Source: Nemertoderma westbladi (lineage: Eukaryota; Animalia; Xenacoelomorpha). From it: DNA of 64,000 nucleotides. The notes beneath the pieces are model-generated. The model was not told the DNA's origin. It saw only the letters and a program-made list of their open reading frames with translations, and did not search any database. Positions 26,234-38,220 of this stretch are shown piece by piece. The stretch covers positions 1 to 64,000 of the forward strand of contig JAUCBJ010008205.1 in the NCBI GenBank assembly GCA_032718475.1, read 5' to 3'. The position numbers and the translations under genes were made by a program. The first letter of the stretch is position 1. Every line of letters starts with the position of its first letter.

Positions 26234-28720
26234 CTACATCGCTCCTCTCGCACCACCCTCCAGGAACCATCTAAGTTCTTTACCCCTATCGTCATCCTGC
26301 CTGGGTCGCTTCCTCCCTTCCTGTTTACCCTTGAGGCTACTCATCCTCGCTGATACCGTCTTACCAAGCCCCATTGTTGGGTCTTTGGGCGCGGGTGTTA
26401 TTAACTCCCGGTATCGCTTCGCAGGTGGTCCCACTGAGTGTCCCTTCTGTCTCCCTCTGGTAGCGTCCCACAAGATCATCTTCATCGCACGCGGCACGTG
26501 TTCCCCCAGAAAGTCCCTGAATTCTATCCTATTTTCTGGTGACCATCTATCCAGAGATCTTTGGGTGTTGATGACCCCTCCGTATGGTGCCGCTGTCGCT
26601 ACCTCCTGATACGTGAATGGTAGTCTCCTCTTGGTGATCTTCTGCTGGGCTTGCAGATTAATGTTGAAAAAGCCCCACCTGAACTCCTGGGCCTTCATCC
26701 TTTGTTGCGTCATGACTATGACGTCGGCCCACTCCTCGAAAATGTGAAACTTCTCCTCGTCCTCCATCAAATCACACTGGCGTTCAAAGTGCCCCCTAAA
26801 CTTGCACTTCGAACACATGTTGTGCAACCTCGGGCACGCACCCATCCGGTGCGTAGACTTGCAGCAGTAAAGACATGTCGTACCCTTCTAGTAATGGTAT
26901 AGACAGTTCTTTTGCTGATGGGTTAGTCTGCCACAGTAATCGCAACTGTGTATCATTGTCTCTCGCCCCAACTCGTCCTTGGCTCCATATAGCCTCCTGG
27001 GTCTGTGGAGCCGCTGGTAGGTAAACATCTCGATGTTGTCTTCCCTACCCATATCGATATCCTCCTCCACCCTCGGCATCGTTTCTCCAAACACTACCCA
27101 TGGTGCTGTCCCCGGTTGCTTGCCCAGTCGGATCATGTTCTCCGTGAAGTCCGTTGCTGGCTCCCCATCGCCCTTCTGGCTGTCACCACTCTCCCGTCCA
27201 TCCAGTCCGTGTCCGAGTGGCCGATCCTCTCTATCAGTGGCATCACACCGAACTCGTCCTCCTCCTATTCCCTGCCGGGAGCAGATGCAAACCCAGGATC
27301 CCTATTAATCCACTGTGTCCCTTTCCGGCCTGGTATTCGCCCATGGCCTTCCACCCTTCTACCACCCTCGGTCTCTTCCTTCCAAAGTCACCCTCAGACC
27401 CCGCAGGCATGGGCATTCCTTGCAGCCCTGATGTAGGCTGTATTGGTGTCTCTTCCATCCAACCCAGTTCGTCCCCCAGCCGAAACTCACCCGAGGTCTC
27501 CGATCCCCACGTCAGCTTGTCCAAATCCTGGGCTTCGAACTCATACTCATCTCCCCTTATATCTGCCTCTCTGCCCGCTGCCTCCCTTCTCTCTCTCCTG
27601 GCGACCTCCTCTAGTCTCTTCTCCTCAACCCTATCCACCTCATGTTTCTCCCATCGCTTGTACGGTGTGTCTACCTCTCTCTCCAGCAGGTGTCGTGTAT
27701 TGTAATATAACGACTCGCCCTTCAGCCCCGGGTGGTCTACAAGACCTTCTAAGGCCAACTTAAAGGTTCTCCTGTGGCTCAGAGGTGATCCCGATAGTAG
27801 AAACGCCATCGGCTCCCTGCCGATAATCACCATGATGAATAGGTTTAGTAAACCTATCATTATCCAGTCCTCCTGTAGGATATATCTCTTCTGATATATC
27901 TTTATCGCTCCTTTCCGGAAGTGATATAGCTCCTCCTTCCCCGGTCTCGCTCCCCACTTGAGTGCGTTTGCAGTTCCACTCCGTATTCCTCCCGGAACTT
28001 GTTCCAGTCCATCGGCTTATGGCAGATGAGTTCCATCAGTTGGCCCATTGCCACGGCTCCGTAATGCCCCATGTTGTCCACCAATCCCAATCCATCTGGT
28101 TTCGTCATAGCCATGCAGACTTACCTGCATGTCCAGAAGATTCGGGGTGCCCAGTCTAATAATTCTGTCCGCGTCGCTGCGTATCACCGATCCCACCTTG
28201 ACCGTAGTCTTCAATCTTACTAGCTCATGCACCGCGCTTGTCAACCGGTTTAACTTCGGCCCGCTCCTCTTCCCGTAGGTCCCTATGTCGAATAGAAAGA
28301 TATCTCCGTTCGACGCCACTAAGTTGCTATGGTTTTAGCCGATCCTCCCAAACCCATCCTCAAGCCCTCCATAGTCCCTTCGTTGTCTAGGACCATGTAT
28401 CCACCCCTCTCCGCGGAATCTACAAATCTCCTCCACTCCTTCCTCGGTGGTTCCCTTGGGTACTTTGGTATCCCGAAGCTAGCCTCGTCCCCCTAAAGAA
28501 TGTAGCGAAGATGCTTGTCGATCGCATTGTCCAATGACGGCATCCCGTAGGTCCTGACCAGTCGTCACGCGTGCGCTTTGTGACCCTTCGGGAGTTGTTT
28601 GTAGTATCCCTACGTCTTGTTCTCCGGATGCCTCTGCATGAAATCCACTAGTAACTCCTTTCTACTCTTCTCCAATTTCCTCTTCTTCAATAGTTCCTCC
28701 ACCATCACGAATCTGCTCAC
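26234..28720 (-). pseudogene. Frameshifted homologue of the retrotransposon exonuclease-CCHC ORF
   Basis: Colinear motifs shared with ORF 46142-49867: EWRRF..GYMVLDNEG (28402-28376), KTI/QLVASNGDIFLF, KTTVKVGSVIRSD, YQKRYILQE, three CCHC knuckles (CDYC, CLYC, CSKC), FEEWAD...WGFFNIN. Confidence 0.88.
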
Positions 28721-29179
28721 TCTCACCGAACTTGTGGGGCCTTAGAAAGGCTCAGTTATGTAAGAGGGTTACTAAATAAGATTTTATTAGCTTCAATCAG
28801 CGATGGCCTACTTCCTACCTGCTCCTTATGCTACCTTTTAGTACAAATATTCCCCTATGTGTCAATTTTAGATCCTAATTTACAATTTTGTCCGTTGCTT
28901 TTATTAATGATTCTAGAATTTTCCTCCCCAGTTGCTATAATTTTATTAATTTTTGTTATTATTTATATTCTCCCACGCATGTGCTATTATTCTATCTGCT
29001 ACTTGATTACTACCTAAGCAATCCATTCCTACTTGAATACAGAGAAAACTAGCTACAGTTTTCTTATTGTCGTACTAGCTTCCTACCAGACAGTTCCCTG
29101 GGTCTGTAACAATACCCTAAGTCTGTATCCTGGACAATGTGCTACAGTAGTCTAGTTCGTGCAGCCTACACGGTCTATT

Positions 29180-29630
29180 CTACTATGCCTACATACCCCC
29201 AGTGCCCTCAGTGCCCACAATAGTACATATTACGTGATATTGGTCCCATTGACGTGGCTTGTGTTGGTATTTATTACGTATGTTGGCACATTGTGTCTAT
29301 CAGATGTACGCAATATATATCTATACCCCTCCTAATCCTCACTATGGTACTGTGTACCCTTCTACTACAGTATGTGTACATGCCCCCCCTCAACCCCTCA
29401 CATGGCGCTCTCAGTGCCCACTACAGTACGTATTACGTATTTATGGTACCAAGTACCCCTCTACTACGGTATGCGTACATACACCCCCTCAACTCCTCAC
29501 ATGGCACCCTCAGTGCCCACAATAGTACTACGTATCTACGGTACTGTGTACCCTTCCACCATGGTATGCGTGCATACCCCCCTTCAACTCCTCACGTGGC
29601 GCCCTCAGTGCCCACAATAGTGCGTATATA
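29180..29630. repeat. Degenerate tandem repeat, unit about 90-95 bp
   Basis: Recurring CCCTCAGTGCCCACAATAGTAC and TACCCTTCTACTACGGTATG blocks. Confidence 0.75.
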
Positions 29631-30304
29631 AATTAGGTATGTTGGTACATTTGTACCAGTCCGACGTATGTAATTGTAACTACCTACACCTATGTATTAT
29701 GTACTTTGGTATGTCCGTACCCATCAGACGTCCATTGTACGCGCTTTTATAGACCTTCAGCAGTTTAACCTGCCGAAATTTATATGTCTTTATTGATAAT
29801 CTGCCTTTTGTAAGATGATAAGATTTAATACAAAACAAACCAAAAACATTAGCCGAAGCCAGTCCATGCGCGTCCAAATGTCTACCTACAGTGTAAACTC
29901 GTCTGATGTCTCTGTTACATATAATACACCTATACACAGATTAATAAACTGCAGTAGTGTCGCAGCAATGTTACCTTTCAGGCGCCGGATTCACGATTTT
30001 TGATATTCCAACTAATTTCACAATGAAATAAATTTGAAAAACCGGCCCTTTACCAGTACCGGTTAGGCCGGTCGATTCCTACTCTATAGTCTACGCCAGA
30101 AAACTAATTTCCAATTTTTCAATTTACAGTCCCTATCTCATTCTAGATTCCGTTCCTCAAACTGGGTACTTCGTATCCACATGCCATATCTTGTTGTCCA
30201 GTGTAACGTTATAAGTGCGGCGCTGGATCGCCATATAATGAATATTAATACAATCATATGCTGCCGCTGTGCTCAGCTCTACCATACTTGGCCATCTTTA
30301 ACCA

Positions 30305-30855
30305 CTGACTTCCAATTTCTGGCTTCTATTTTCTGACTTCCATTTTCTGGCTTCCATTTTCTGACTTCCATTTATTTTTTCTCACTTCCATTTTCTGTCT
30401 TCCAATTTCTCTCTTCCATTTTCTGAATTCCATTGCTCTTTTCTGACTTCCATTTCTTCATTCTGGGTTCCATTTTCACACTTCCTTTTTCTGTCTTCCA
30501 CTTTCTCTCTTCCATTTTCTGAATTCCATTTCTCTTTACTGACTTCCATTTCTTCATTCTGGTTTCCATTTTCTCACTTCCATTTTCTGTCTTCCACTTT
30601 CTCTCTTCCATTTTCTGAATTCCATTGCTCTTTTCTGACTTCCATTTCTTCATTCTGGGTTCCATTGTCTCACTTCCTTTTTCTAACTTCCATTTTCTGA
30701 CTTCCTTTTATCTATTCTGACTTCCATTTCTTTTTTCTCACTTCCATTTTCTGAGTTCCGTTTTCTGACTTCTATTTTCTGACTTATGTTTCTCAGTTCT
30801 GACTTTAACTTTTTTTTATTCTGACTTCTTTATAGGGCGGCAACGGCGCCCCATA
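30305..30855 (-). repeat. (TTCCATTTTCTG)-type repeat array with GGCGGCAACGGCGCCCCATA terminus
   Basis: Higher-order units of about 87 bp; a second copy lies at 35206-35882. Confidence 0.85.
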
Positions 30856-31971
30856 ACCGACTCTCTACAAACCTTCAAAATATAGTTAACCAAGAAAGCA
30901 AATAAAGAGAAATTGGGCTACTCGACATACATGTCAATGAACCCCGGACTTCAACGACAGCGTGCATACGATCACTGCTATTCTTCTATGGATATTAAAG
31001 CATAGCCAAATGTCGCTACAACAGAACACCACGCAATGGGTGGCTATGCCGTTGTGGGGAAGTGGAAGATGAAGAACACCTCATTTTCCATTGATTGTTG
31101 TCGATACCAATCCTTACGAGAACGTTTACACGTGAATAAGAATACCAACTCAAATATATCAGACTTCTTCTCTTCTGACAATGCACCCTGCATTATTTCC
31201 CAGTTCTTCCAGAACGAAAGAGCCTTGCTAACCCATAAACCAAACTACTAATAGCAATTAACAATATCATTTAACATATATTTTTATTACTTACTGTATG
31301 TCATATTAGTTTATTTGTATTTATCTGTATTTATTAGTACTCAACAATATATCATATATTATGATTTACAACGTATTAGTTTATTTGTTTAGTTATTTAT
31401 TTATCATATATATTCATCGTATCCATGTATTCACATCGTCACATTTTGTTATCATGTATTCATCGTCACATTAGTACTTGACTTTACATTAATTTATTTG
31501 TATTGACTATAGTTATTTGTATTACTAGTAACTATATATTCATCATCACATCCTGTATTATTTTAGGAACATAGTTTATATCTGCACATAATGTCAGTAC
31601 ATTGCAATTAGTAAATTTATAAGTAAGGTCTTTGTTCACACTACATTCTCCTTATATATATTTCCCGTTTATAATCTTCATTTGAACTGATCCCTTTATA
31701 AATTGTTTATTTATAGTAATACAGTATGTTTTAGTACCTAGAAGGTGAATTAACTGTTTATTATATTATTGTTTGTACTGTTCCTTAAGTAGTCAATTAT
31801 ATACACACATGCATACATACATACATATGGGATCAATTCAATACAAAGTGAACCCCAATTAACACTCATGCAATCATATAAGAGTTGTCAATAATTCTAA
31901 ATGATATATTTGACTGTAATATTATATATATGTATTGAGTACATTTATTATGACCACATCCTTAAACTAAC

Positions 31972-32180
31972 CCTAATATCAATGACTAGGTTGTAATCTT
32001 TTAGAATATCATCTCTTGCATTGATCTCTGCCAGTCCGAATTCGACGCCATCTGACACGGATTTGGAACTCCAGACGTCTCCAGACATATATATCAGCCC
32101 TCCCAACCTCACTTCGGACTTTTCTCCGCTTGTACATAATATATTGTAAATCTTTAGCAGTATGTGAGTGAGACACATAA
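31972..32180 (-). CDS. Exon encoding the start of a Venus-flytrap domain (class C GPCR, GABA-B receptor-like)
   Basis: EVRLGGLIYMSGDVWSSKSVSDGVEFGLAEINARDDILKDYNLVIDIR resembles the IGGLFPMSG.W...AV.LAL..IN.R.DIL.DY.L motif and ends at an AGG|GTTAGT donor. The 5' boundary is uncertain. Confidence 0.75.
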
Positions 32181-32489
32181 TATTATTAATTGTAAACATC
32201 ATTGGGAGATGATGAAACAAATTTGATAGAATTTATTAACTATGAATTTAGCTTTTCAACTAATGCTAATAATAAGTTCAGGTTATCATCAGAATAGCTT
32301 TTTCATGCAAAACAGAGTTATCCAATGAAATATGCATTCCCAAAACAACCAATGAGATTCGGGATATGTGGAACAGTCCTCTGTCCAAACACTCAAAGGC
32401 TCGAAATCATAACAACTGCTGAAGTAGGCCTTCTTACTAAACAGTACCCACTGTATTAACCTAATTATATAAGGTAGGTGCTAAAATAC

Positions 32490-32980
32490 ACAACGATCAA
32501 CAAAGAACAAAAATGACCAGCAATGAGCAACAACGAGCAACAACGAGCAACAACGAGCAACAATGAGCAACAACGAGCAACAATGAGCAACAACAAACAA
32601 CAATGAGCAACAACGAGCAGTAATGAAGTACAACAACGAGCAACAATGAGCAATAACGATCAACAACGAGCAACAATGGGCAATAACGATCAACAACGAG
32701 CAACAATGAGCAACAACGAGCAACAATGAGCAATAACGATAAACAACGAGCAACAATGAGCAACAACGAGCAACAATGAGCAATAACGATTAACAACGAG
32801 CAACACTGACTAATAACGAGCAACAATGAGCAATAACGAGCAACAATGAGCAATAACGATTAACAACGAGCAACAATGAGCAACAACGAGCAACAATGAG
32901 CAATAACGATTAACAACGAGCAACACTGACTAATAACGAGCAGTAATAAAGTACAACAACGAGCAACAATGACAACAGCA
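32490..32980. repeat. 10-bp minisatellite (CAACAA[C/T]GAG)n
   Basis: Seen directly; duplicate at ~53762-54252. Confidence 0.95.
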
Positions 32981-33646
32981 ACATGTCATATATTTCATAT
33001 ATTTCATATAACTGAACTTATACTCATACTGAACTTTTAAAACAATATCAATGCAATATGGTGGTAATAATAAAGTTGTGTAGAAACTGTAGAGGCAATT
33101 ATATTTACGGCTTGTTATATTTTATAGCTTGGGCAAAGTACATTCTATAGACTTGTATATTGTATGTAATTAGTACATTATTTGTTCACGATCATTCAGG
33201 TGAAGAGAGTTTTATTCTGTTTGTATACTGTCTAACATAAAGGGTTGGTTTTAGTTTTTGTTATTAACAAGTTTTGTAAGTAGAAAAAGGAGTAATATGT
33301 CTTCACATTCAATTTGTGGAAATTACATTTTCACAACATTTGGAGCCCGATAAAATATACAAAAGAAAATACATTAATATGTATAATTACTTGTGTAATA
33401 ATCAATTGTAAGTCAAAAACTCAAACATGTTTGTCGATACTGTATAACCGCAAAGGGAAAGTCAACAGGCAACCCCATTAATCAAAAGGGTATTTCATCA
33501 CGCAAAGACGATGATGCCTGATCCAAAACCGAGTTGACCAACAACAGCGGGAACCAATGGCAAGAAATTAACAAAACTCGCTAATACAAGAAGCGCCTAT
33601 CGACAACAAGCAACAAACGCAATCAAAGATGTTGGATATATCAATG

Positions 33647-35206
33647 TGTGATATACGCGTAGCGTGTATTAGACTGATCTGAATATATAGGCCGGCTACC
33701 AGTTTGACGGCAGTCTGGTTAGATTGGACTGGCAGAACCGTTCCATCATTACATATGGCGCAGTTTCAGTACTTACCTACTTGCCCATGCAGTACTGCAC
33801 TTTGTACTCGGCCTAACTCACTACTCTGCAATTGCTACCGCACTTTATTACCTTAATAAATAATATCGGCAATTAATATCAATATGGCAAGAGCAAATGA
33901 CAACCGCGACCCATTCTCCTTCATTCTACGAAACTTGCCACCCCCATTCGACCTGGAATCGGAACGCTCCACCTGGGAGCTGTGGTGAGATGAGTGGGAC
34001 ACTTTCCTCGTCACCTCTGGACTTGGAAACTTGCGCGTCACTGACTCAGCCGATCCACCTGACCAAACCATATCGGCAGCTCTTCTAGCGGCAACAAACC
34101 GCATAAGGCGGGCAACTCTGACCACCGCCTTCTCCCACGCAACGAACGCAGTCGTCAAGGGTTTGGGCCTGTCCGCCATCGACAACACAGACACTGATGT
34201 TATCATCTAACATCTCGGCGTCCATATCGATGGCGGGACCAATAAACGCGTCCACCAGCAGGAACTGGCACGCCGATCCTGCCTACTTGAGGAAACTCCG
34301 GAGACATTCCTGGTTAACTTCCGGGATATCGCTTCGAAATGCGGATTCGAGGCACTCCCGACTCCGGATGCCCATCGCAACGACAGACTGCTCGACCAAT
34401 TTATCGCCGGCTTCGGCTATAAAGAGGTTACTGAGCACCTACTCCGGCGCCTCGCAGGAAGTTCGATCACCGGCACCCTCAACCTCGCCCAAACCGTGTG
34501 GACCGTGCGGAAGGATGCAGCCTCACTCTCCTTCTCCTCCACACCAGCACCTATGGCAGCTAAGGCGGAGGCAAGGTCGGATAAACGACGGAAAGGGAAC
34601 CGGAGCCCTCGACAGAGACAGAGCTTACTACCCCATCCAAAGCTACAATTACCACACCTACTGTAGACCGTGATATAGCTTGGCGGGCCCTGGAAACCCG
34701 CTTCCCGCACCCCCTGTAAGGTGTCTGCAGGGTGATGAAGGGTGGGGACATTACTATCAAACTCACTCCGCGCGCGAAACCTAAAAACTCATACGTCAAT
34801 AGGGCCATCCCAGCGAACCTGGAGGAGGCTTTCAACAGGGAACTGGACGAACCGAACAGGTGGCCATGGGGATTCTAGAACCAGCCAACGACGAAAACTG
34901 CCCCAGTGACTAGCTGAGCCCCATGGTTATTACCCGTAAAAAAGACGGCGAATCGGTCCGAATTACCGTCGACCTCCGGGAACTCAACGTGAACATCGTC
35001 CGCCCAACCTACTTCTCCCCATCCCCGTTCTATGTCGTTTTGCGGATCCTGCCCACCGCCGGTGTATTCACCGTTATAGACGGATTAAAGGGGTTCCACC
35101 AGGTCAACTTGGACTGGAGTTGGGGTCTTACAACATTCATCACACCGCGAGGCCACTACCGCTACTGCCGCATGCCCATGGGCTGGCACGGCAGCTCGGA
35201 TGTTTT
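33647..35206 (+). mobile_element. Decayed Ty3/Gypsy element 5' part (LTR, PBS, gag remnant, RT start), copy A
   Basis: About 235-bp LTR TGATAT...AATAAA...ATATCA, followed by TGG; KKDGESVRITVDLRELN, IDGLKGFHQV, TTFITPRGHYRYCRMPMG. Confidence 0.85.
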
Positions 35207-36445
35207 TCTCACTTTCTGTTGTTTTTCTGGTTTTTCTCACTTCCATTTTCTGTCTTCCACTTTCTCTCTTCCATTTTCTGAATTCCATTGCTCTTTTCAG
35301 ACTTCCATTTCTTCATTCTGGTTTCCATTTTCTCACTTCCTTTCTCTCTTCCATTTTCTGAATTCCATTTATCTTTTCTGACTTCCATTTCTTCATTCTG
35401 GGTTCCATTTTCACACTTCCTTTTTCTGTCTTCCACTTTCTCTCTTCCATTTTCTGAATTCCATTTCTCTTTTCTGACTTCCATTTCTTCATTCTGGTTT
35501 CCATTTTCTCACTTCCTTTTTCTGTCTTCCACTTTCTCTCTTCCATTTTCTGAATTCCATTTTTCTGACTTCCATTTCTTCATTCTGGTTTCCATTTTCT
35601 CACTTCCATTTTCTGTCTTCCACTTTCTCTCTTCCATTTTCTGAATTCCATTTCACTTTTCTGACTTCCATTTCTTCATTCTGGTTTCCATTTTCTCACT
35701 TCCTTTTTCTAACTTCCATTTTCTGACTTCCTTTTCTCTATTCTGACTTCCATTTCTTTTTTCTCACTTCCATTTTCTGAGTTCCGTTTTCTGACTTCTA
35801 TTTTCTGACTTATGTTTCTCAGTTCTGACTTTAACTTTTTTTTATTCTGACTTCTTTATAGGGCGGCAACGGCGCCCCATAACCTACTCTCTACAAACCT
35901 TCAAAATATAGTTAACCAAGAAAGCAAATAAAGAGAAATTGGGCTACTCGACATACATGTCAATGAACCCCGGACTTCAACGACAGCGTGCATACGATCA
36001 CTGCTAATCTTCTATGGATATTAAGGTATAGCCAAATGTCGCTACAACAGAACACCACGCAATGGGTGGCTATGCCGTTGTGGGGAAGTGGAAGATGAAG
36101 AACACCTCATTTACCATTGATTGTTGTCGATACCAATCCTTACGAGAACGTTTACACGTGAATAAGAATACCAACTCAAATATATCAGACTTCTTCTCTT
36201 CTGACAATGCACCCTGCATTATTTCCCAGTTCTTCCAGAACGAAAGAGCCTTGCTAACCCATAAACCAAACTACTAATAGCAATTAACAATATCATTTAA
36301 CATATATATTTATTACTTACTATAGAATTATATTCCCTAAATGCCGTGGATTTTCAAAATTTTATTTTATTCGAATTAACTTTGCTAAAAGATTACTTTG
36401 AGTCCTCATTTGTATTTGTTTATCTATTGTACGATGTTTAGTCAA

Positions 36446-36534
36446 GTGGTTCAGTAGCTCAGTCGGTAGAGCTTTGGAAATTATATATGTAGTAGGTATT
36501 GAGTTCGAATCCTAGTAAGTGCGAATTATTTTTT
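36446..36534 (+). promoter_or_regulatory. tRNA-like Pol III module inside the LTR (copy at ~50805-50893)
   Basis: GGTTCAG-TA-GCTC-AGTCGGTA-GAGC (intact D arm/A box), GAGTTCGAATCC (B box), T6 terminator at 36529-36534; acceptor and anticodon stems do not pair. Confidence 0.75.
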
Positions 36535-36600
36535 GTGCAGAATTTCAACTCATTTAAATTGACCGCTACAAATTAAATTGCATTTGTTTGTACCTAGATT

Positions 36601-36842
36601 AACCAATGAGACTGTAGTTATTTGATTGTAACCAATGTCGTACAAGTTATATATTAGCTGGACCAATAGCTTTCTTTAAAAACCTGTTAGAACCTATAGA
36701 ACAATCGAGAATTTTCTCGATTGATTGCAGCACAAATTTGCTATATAAAGGTGCGATTTGTTCATTAGTTCACCTAATTCTTCTTGATTCACTATCTTAC
36801 ATTGTTTATTGTATAATAGTTATTATCTGATTTTGTAATAAA
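36601..36842 (+). promoter_or_regulatory. LTR Pol II promoter and polyA signal
   Basis: Three ACCAAT boxes at ~36602, 36631 and 36662 (about 30-bp spacing), TATATAAA at 36742-36749, Inr-like TTAGTT at ~36765, AATAAA at 36837-36842. Confidence 0.65.
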
Positions 36843-38209
36843 AGTTAGAAATACTTGTCACATCTGCCCTTTTCTATCTGTTTTATCATGCTTCACCACT
36901 GTGAACCCAGCTAAGGGACAGGATGGCCGGCTAGAGATCGGGCCGCAGCAATGAACGGGAACATCAAGGGAATGTAGACAGGAGACAACCCGCAATACCA
37001 TCTTAGTTATTCGCCCATCGCCTGAAAGGTTAGACAGCGTTCGATGCCTTGCTACCTAAGCGTAAGACCAAAGATCAAAGGTAGAAGTAGTGACACGCTG
37101 TACGCCTAAAATTACATCTTAGTGACTGTACCGTTTTAATTCAGGAAAAAACCGCAGTAGACCTTCACATTCCTACGGGGGGGGGGGGGGGGGGGGGAGA
37201 GCAGGCAGAGATACTAGTACGCAGATAGGACGTAGGCACACCGGTACAAAGCATACACATTGGTAGGGTGCAGCAAACTGTACGCCTAACTCTTGCTAAG
37301 TACAGGTGCGTTTGCGACTATTTGTAGTACAACGGTGTCCATTGCATCAGAACTTGTAGGCTAGGGGGGTTGCTGTGTTTCACCTGAATTAGGATTGTAC
37401 CGTTCAGGCGGTAGGGCAGTTTATGACTAGGCGCAAATAAATTGAGGCTATTAGGGATATACTAACATCTACCGTGTCCCCACCAACGTCCTGATAGGAA
37501 GTTACCCAGCCTACCTAGGTGACTAAAATTCTAGATAAGAGCCAGGATAGCTATTTGTAACTGTACGCCTACAGTAGTAAACTAACACATTTCTTCTTAG
37601 TATTAGGGACCTGGTACCTAAAATTGCCGAATTCTGGGCGTAGCATTAACTTTATGCCTGAATTTGAGTCCTGGAAATACGCAAGAGGGGAAGGAGCCTT
37701 ATTATTCGTGAGTATTGGCCCTACAAGTTACAAAATTAGAATATTTGTAAAATGCACACCGTACCCAGTAATTATATATGTGAAGGAGCAAAACTGATCT
37801 TGACGGTTCAGAATTAACACACGCGCGTTAGAAATTATTTACACCTCAAAATATATAAAATTAACTTTCGTCCTTACTGCACTTTGCCCGCTAGTTAGAC
37901 ATCTCCAAATCTCTGCACCTAGCTAGCGTCCCTTTCGCCCAACCATATAAATCACACCGTGGCAAAGTATACGAGCCCCTTAGTCCGTCAGTGAGTCAGC
38001 CTGATTTTAGGATTCGCTGCGCGGGATTTTGTTTTATCGAAGTTTGTCTGCTCGTAGACTGTTTTCTGCCTCACCGGTTATAAGAGATCGATACTGCAAT
38101 ATATTCGCTTACTTAGAGTTTACTGTTTTGGTGAGAAGGTCGGATTTATGATTTGATTCACAAACTTTACAGTTAGATATTGCAGGTATTGTTACTGTCT
38201 CTTCTAATA

Positions 38210-38220
38210 GTAGGAATGTG
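38210..38220 (+). other. Non-tRNA primer-binding site, complementary to LTR 37166-37176
   Basis: GTAGGAATGTG abuts the LTR end, lacks TGG, and is the exact reverse complement of CACATTCCTAC. Confidence 0.75.

Larger units (their letters stand above)
30375..35206. repeat. Tandem segmental duplication, copy A (about 4.8 kb)
   Basis: Near-identical to 35207-36320 plus 52580-56478; copy B is interrupted by the BEL element. Confidence 0.93.
36321..38209 (+). repeat. 5' LTR (1889 bp)
   Basis: TATAGAA...TTCTAATA. Differs from the 3' LTR by about 16 substitutions counted by eye plus 6 bp in the G/GA run. Confidence 0.97.

Noticed and set aside
32465-32853. Cys/Leu-rich ORFs (also 53737-54125) and KMEERKWK-type ORFs (30372-30665, 35209-35644)
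   Set aside because: These are translations of minisatellites that happen to lack stop codons.
36448-36525. Functional tRNA gene in the LTR
   Set aside because: Acceptor and anticodon stems do not pair; kept only as a tRNA-like Pol III module.
36924-37960. HDV-like or hammerhead ribozyme that could release the primer (GGCCGGC at ~36924; GCG-TCCCTTT-CGC at ~37926; CTGATAG at ~37491)
   Set aside because: The required P1/P1.1 pairing or the GAAA core could not be completed by eye.
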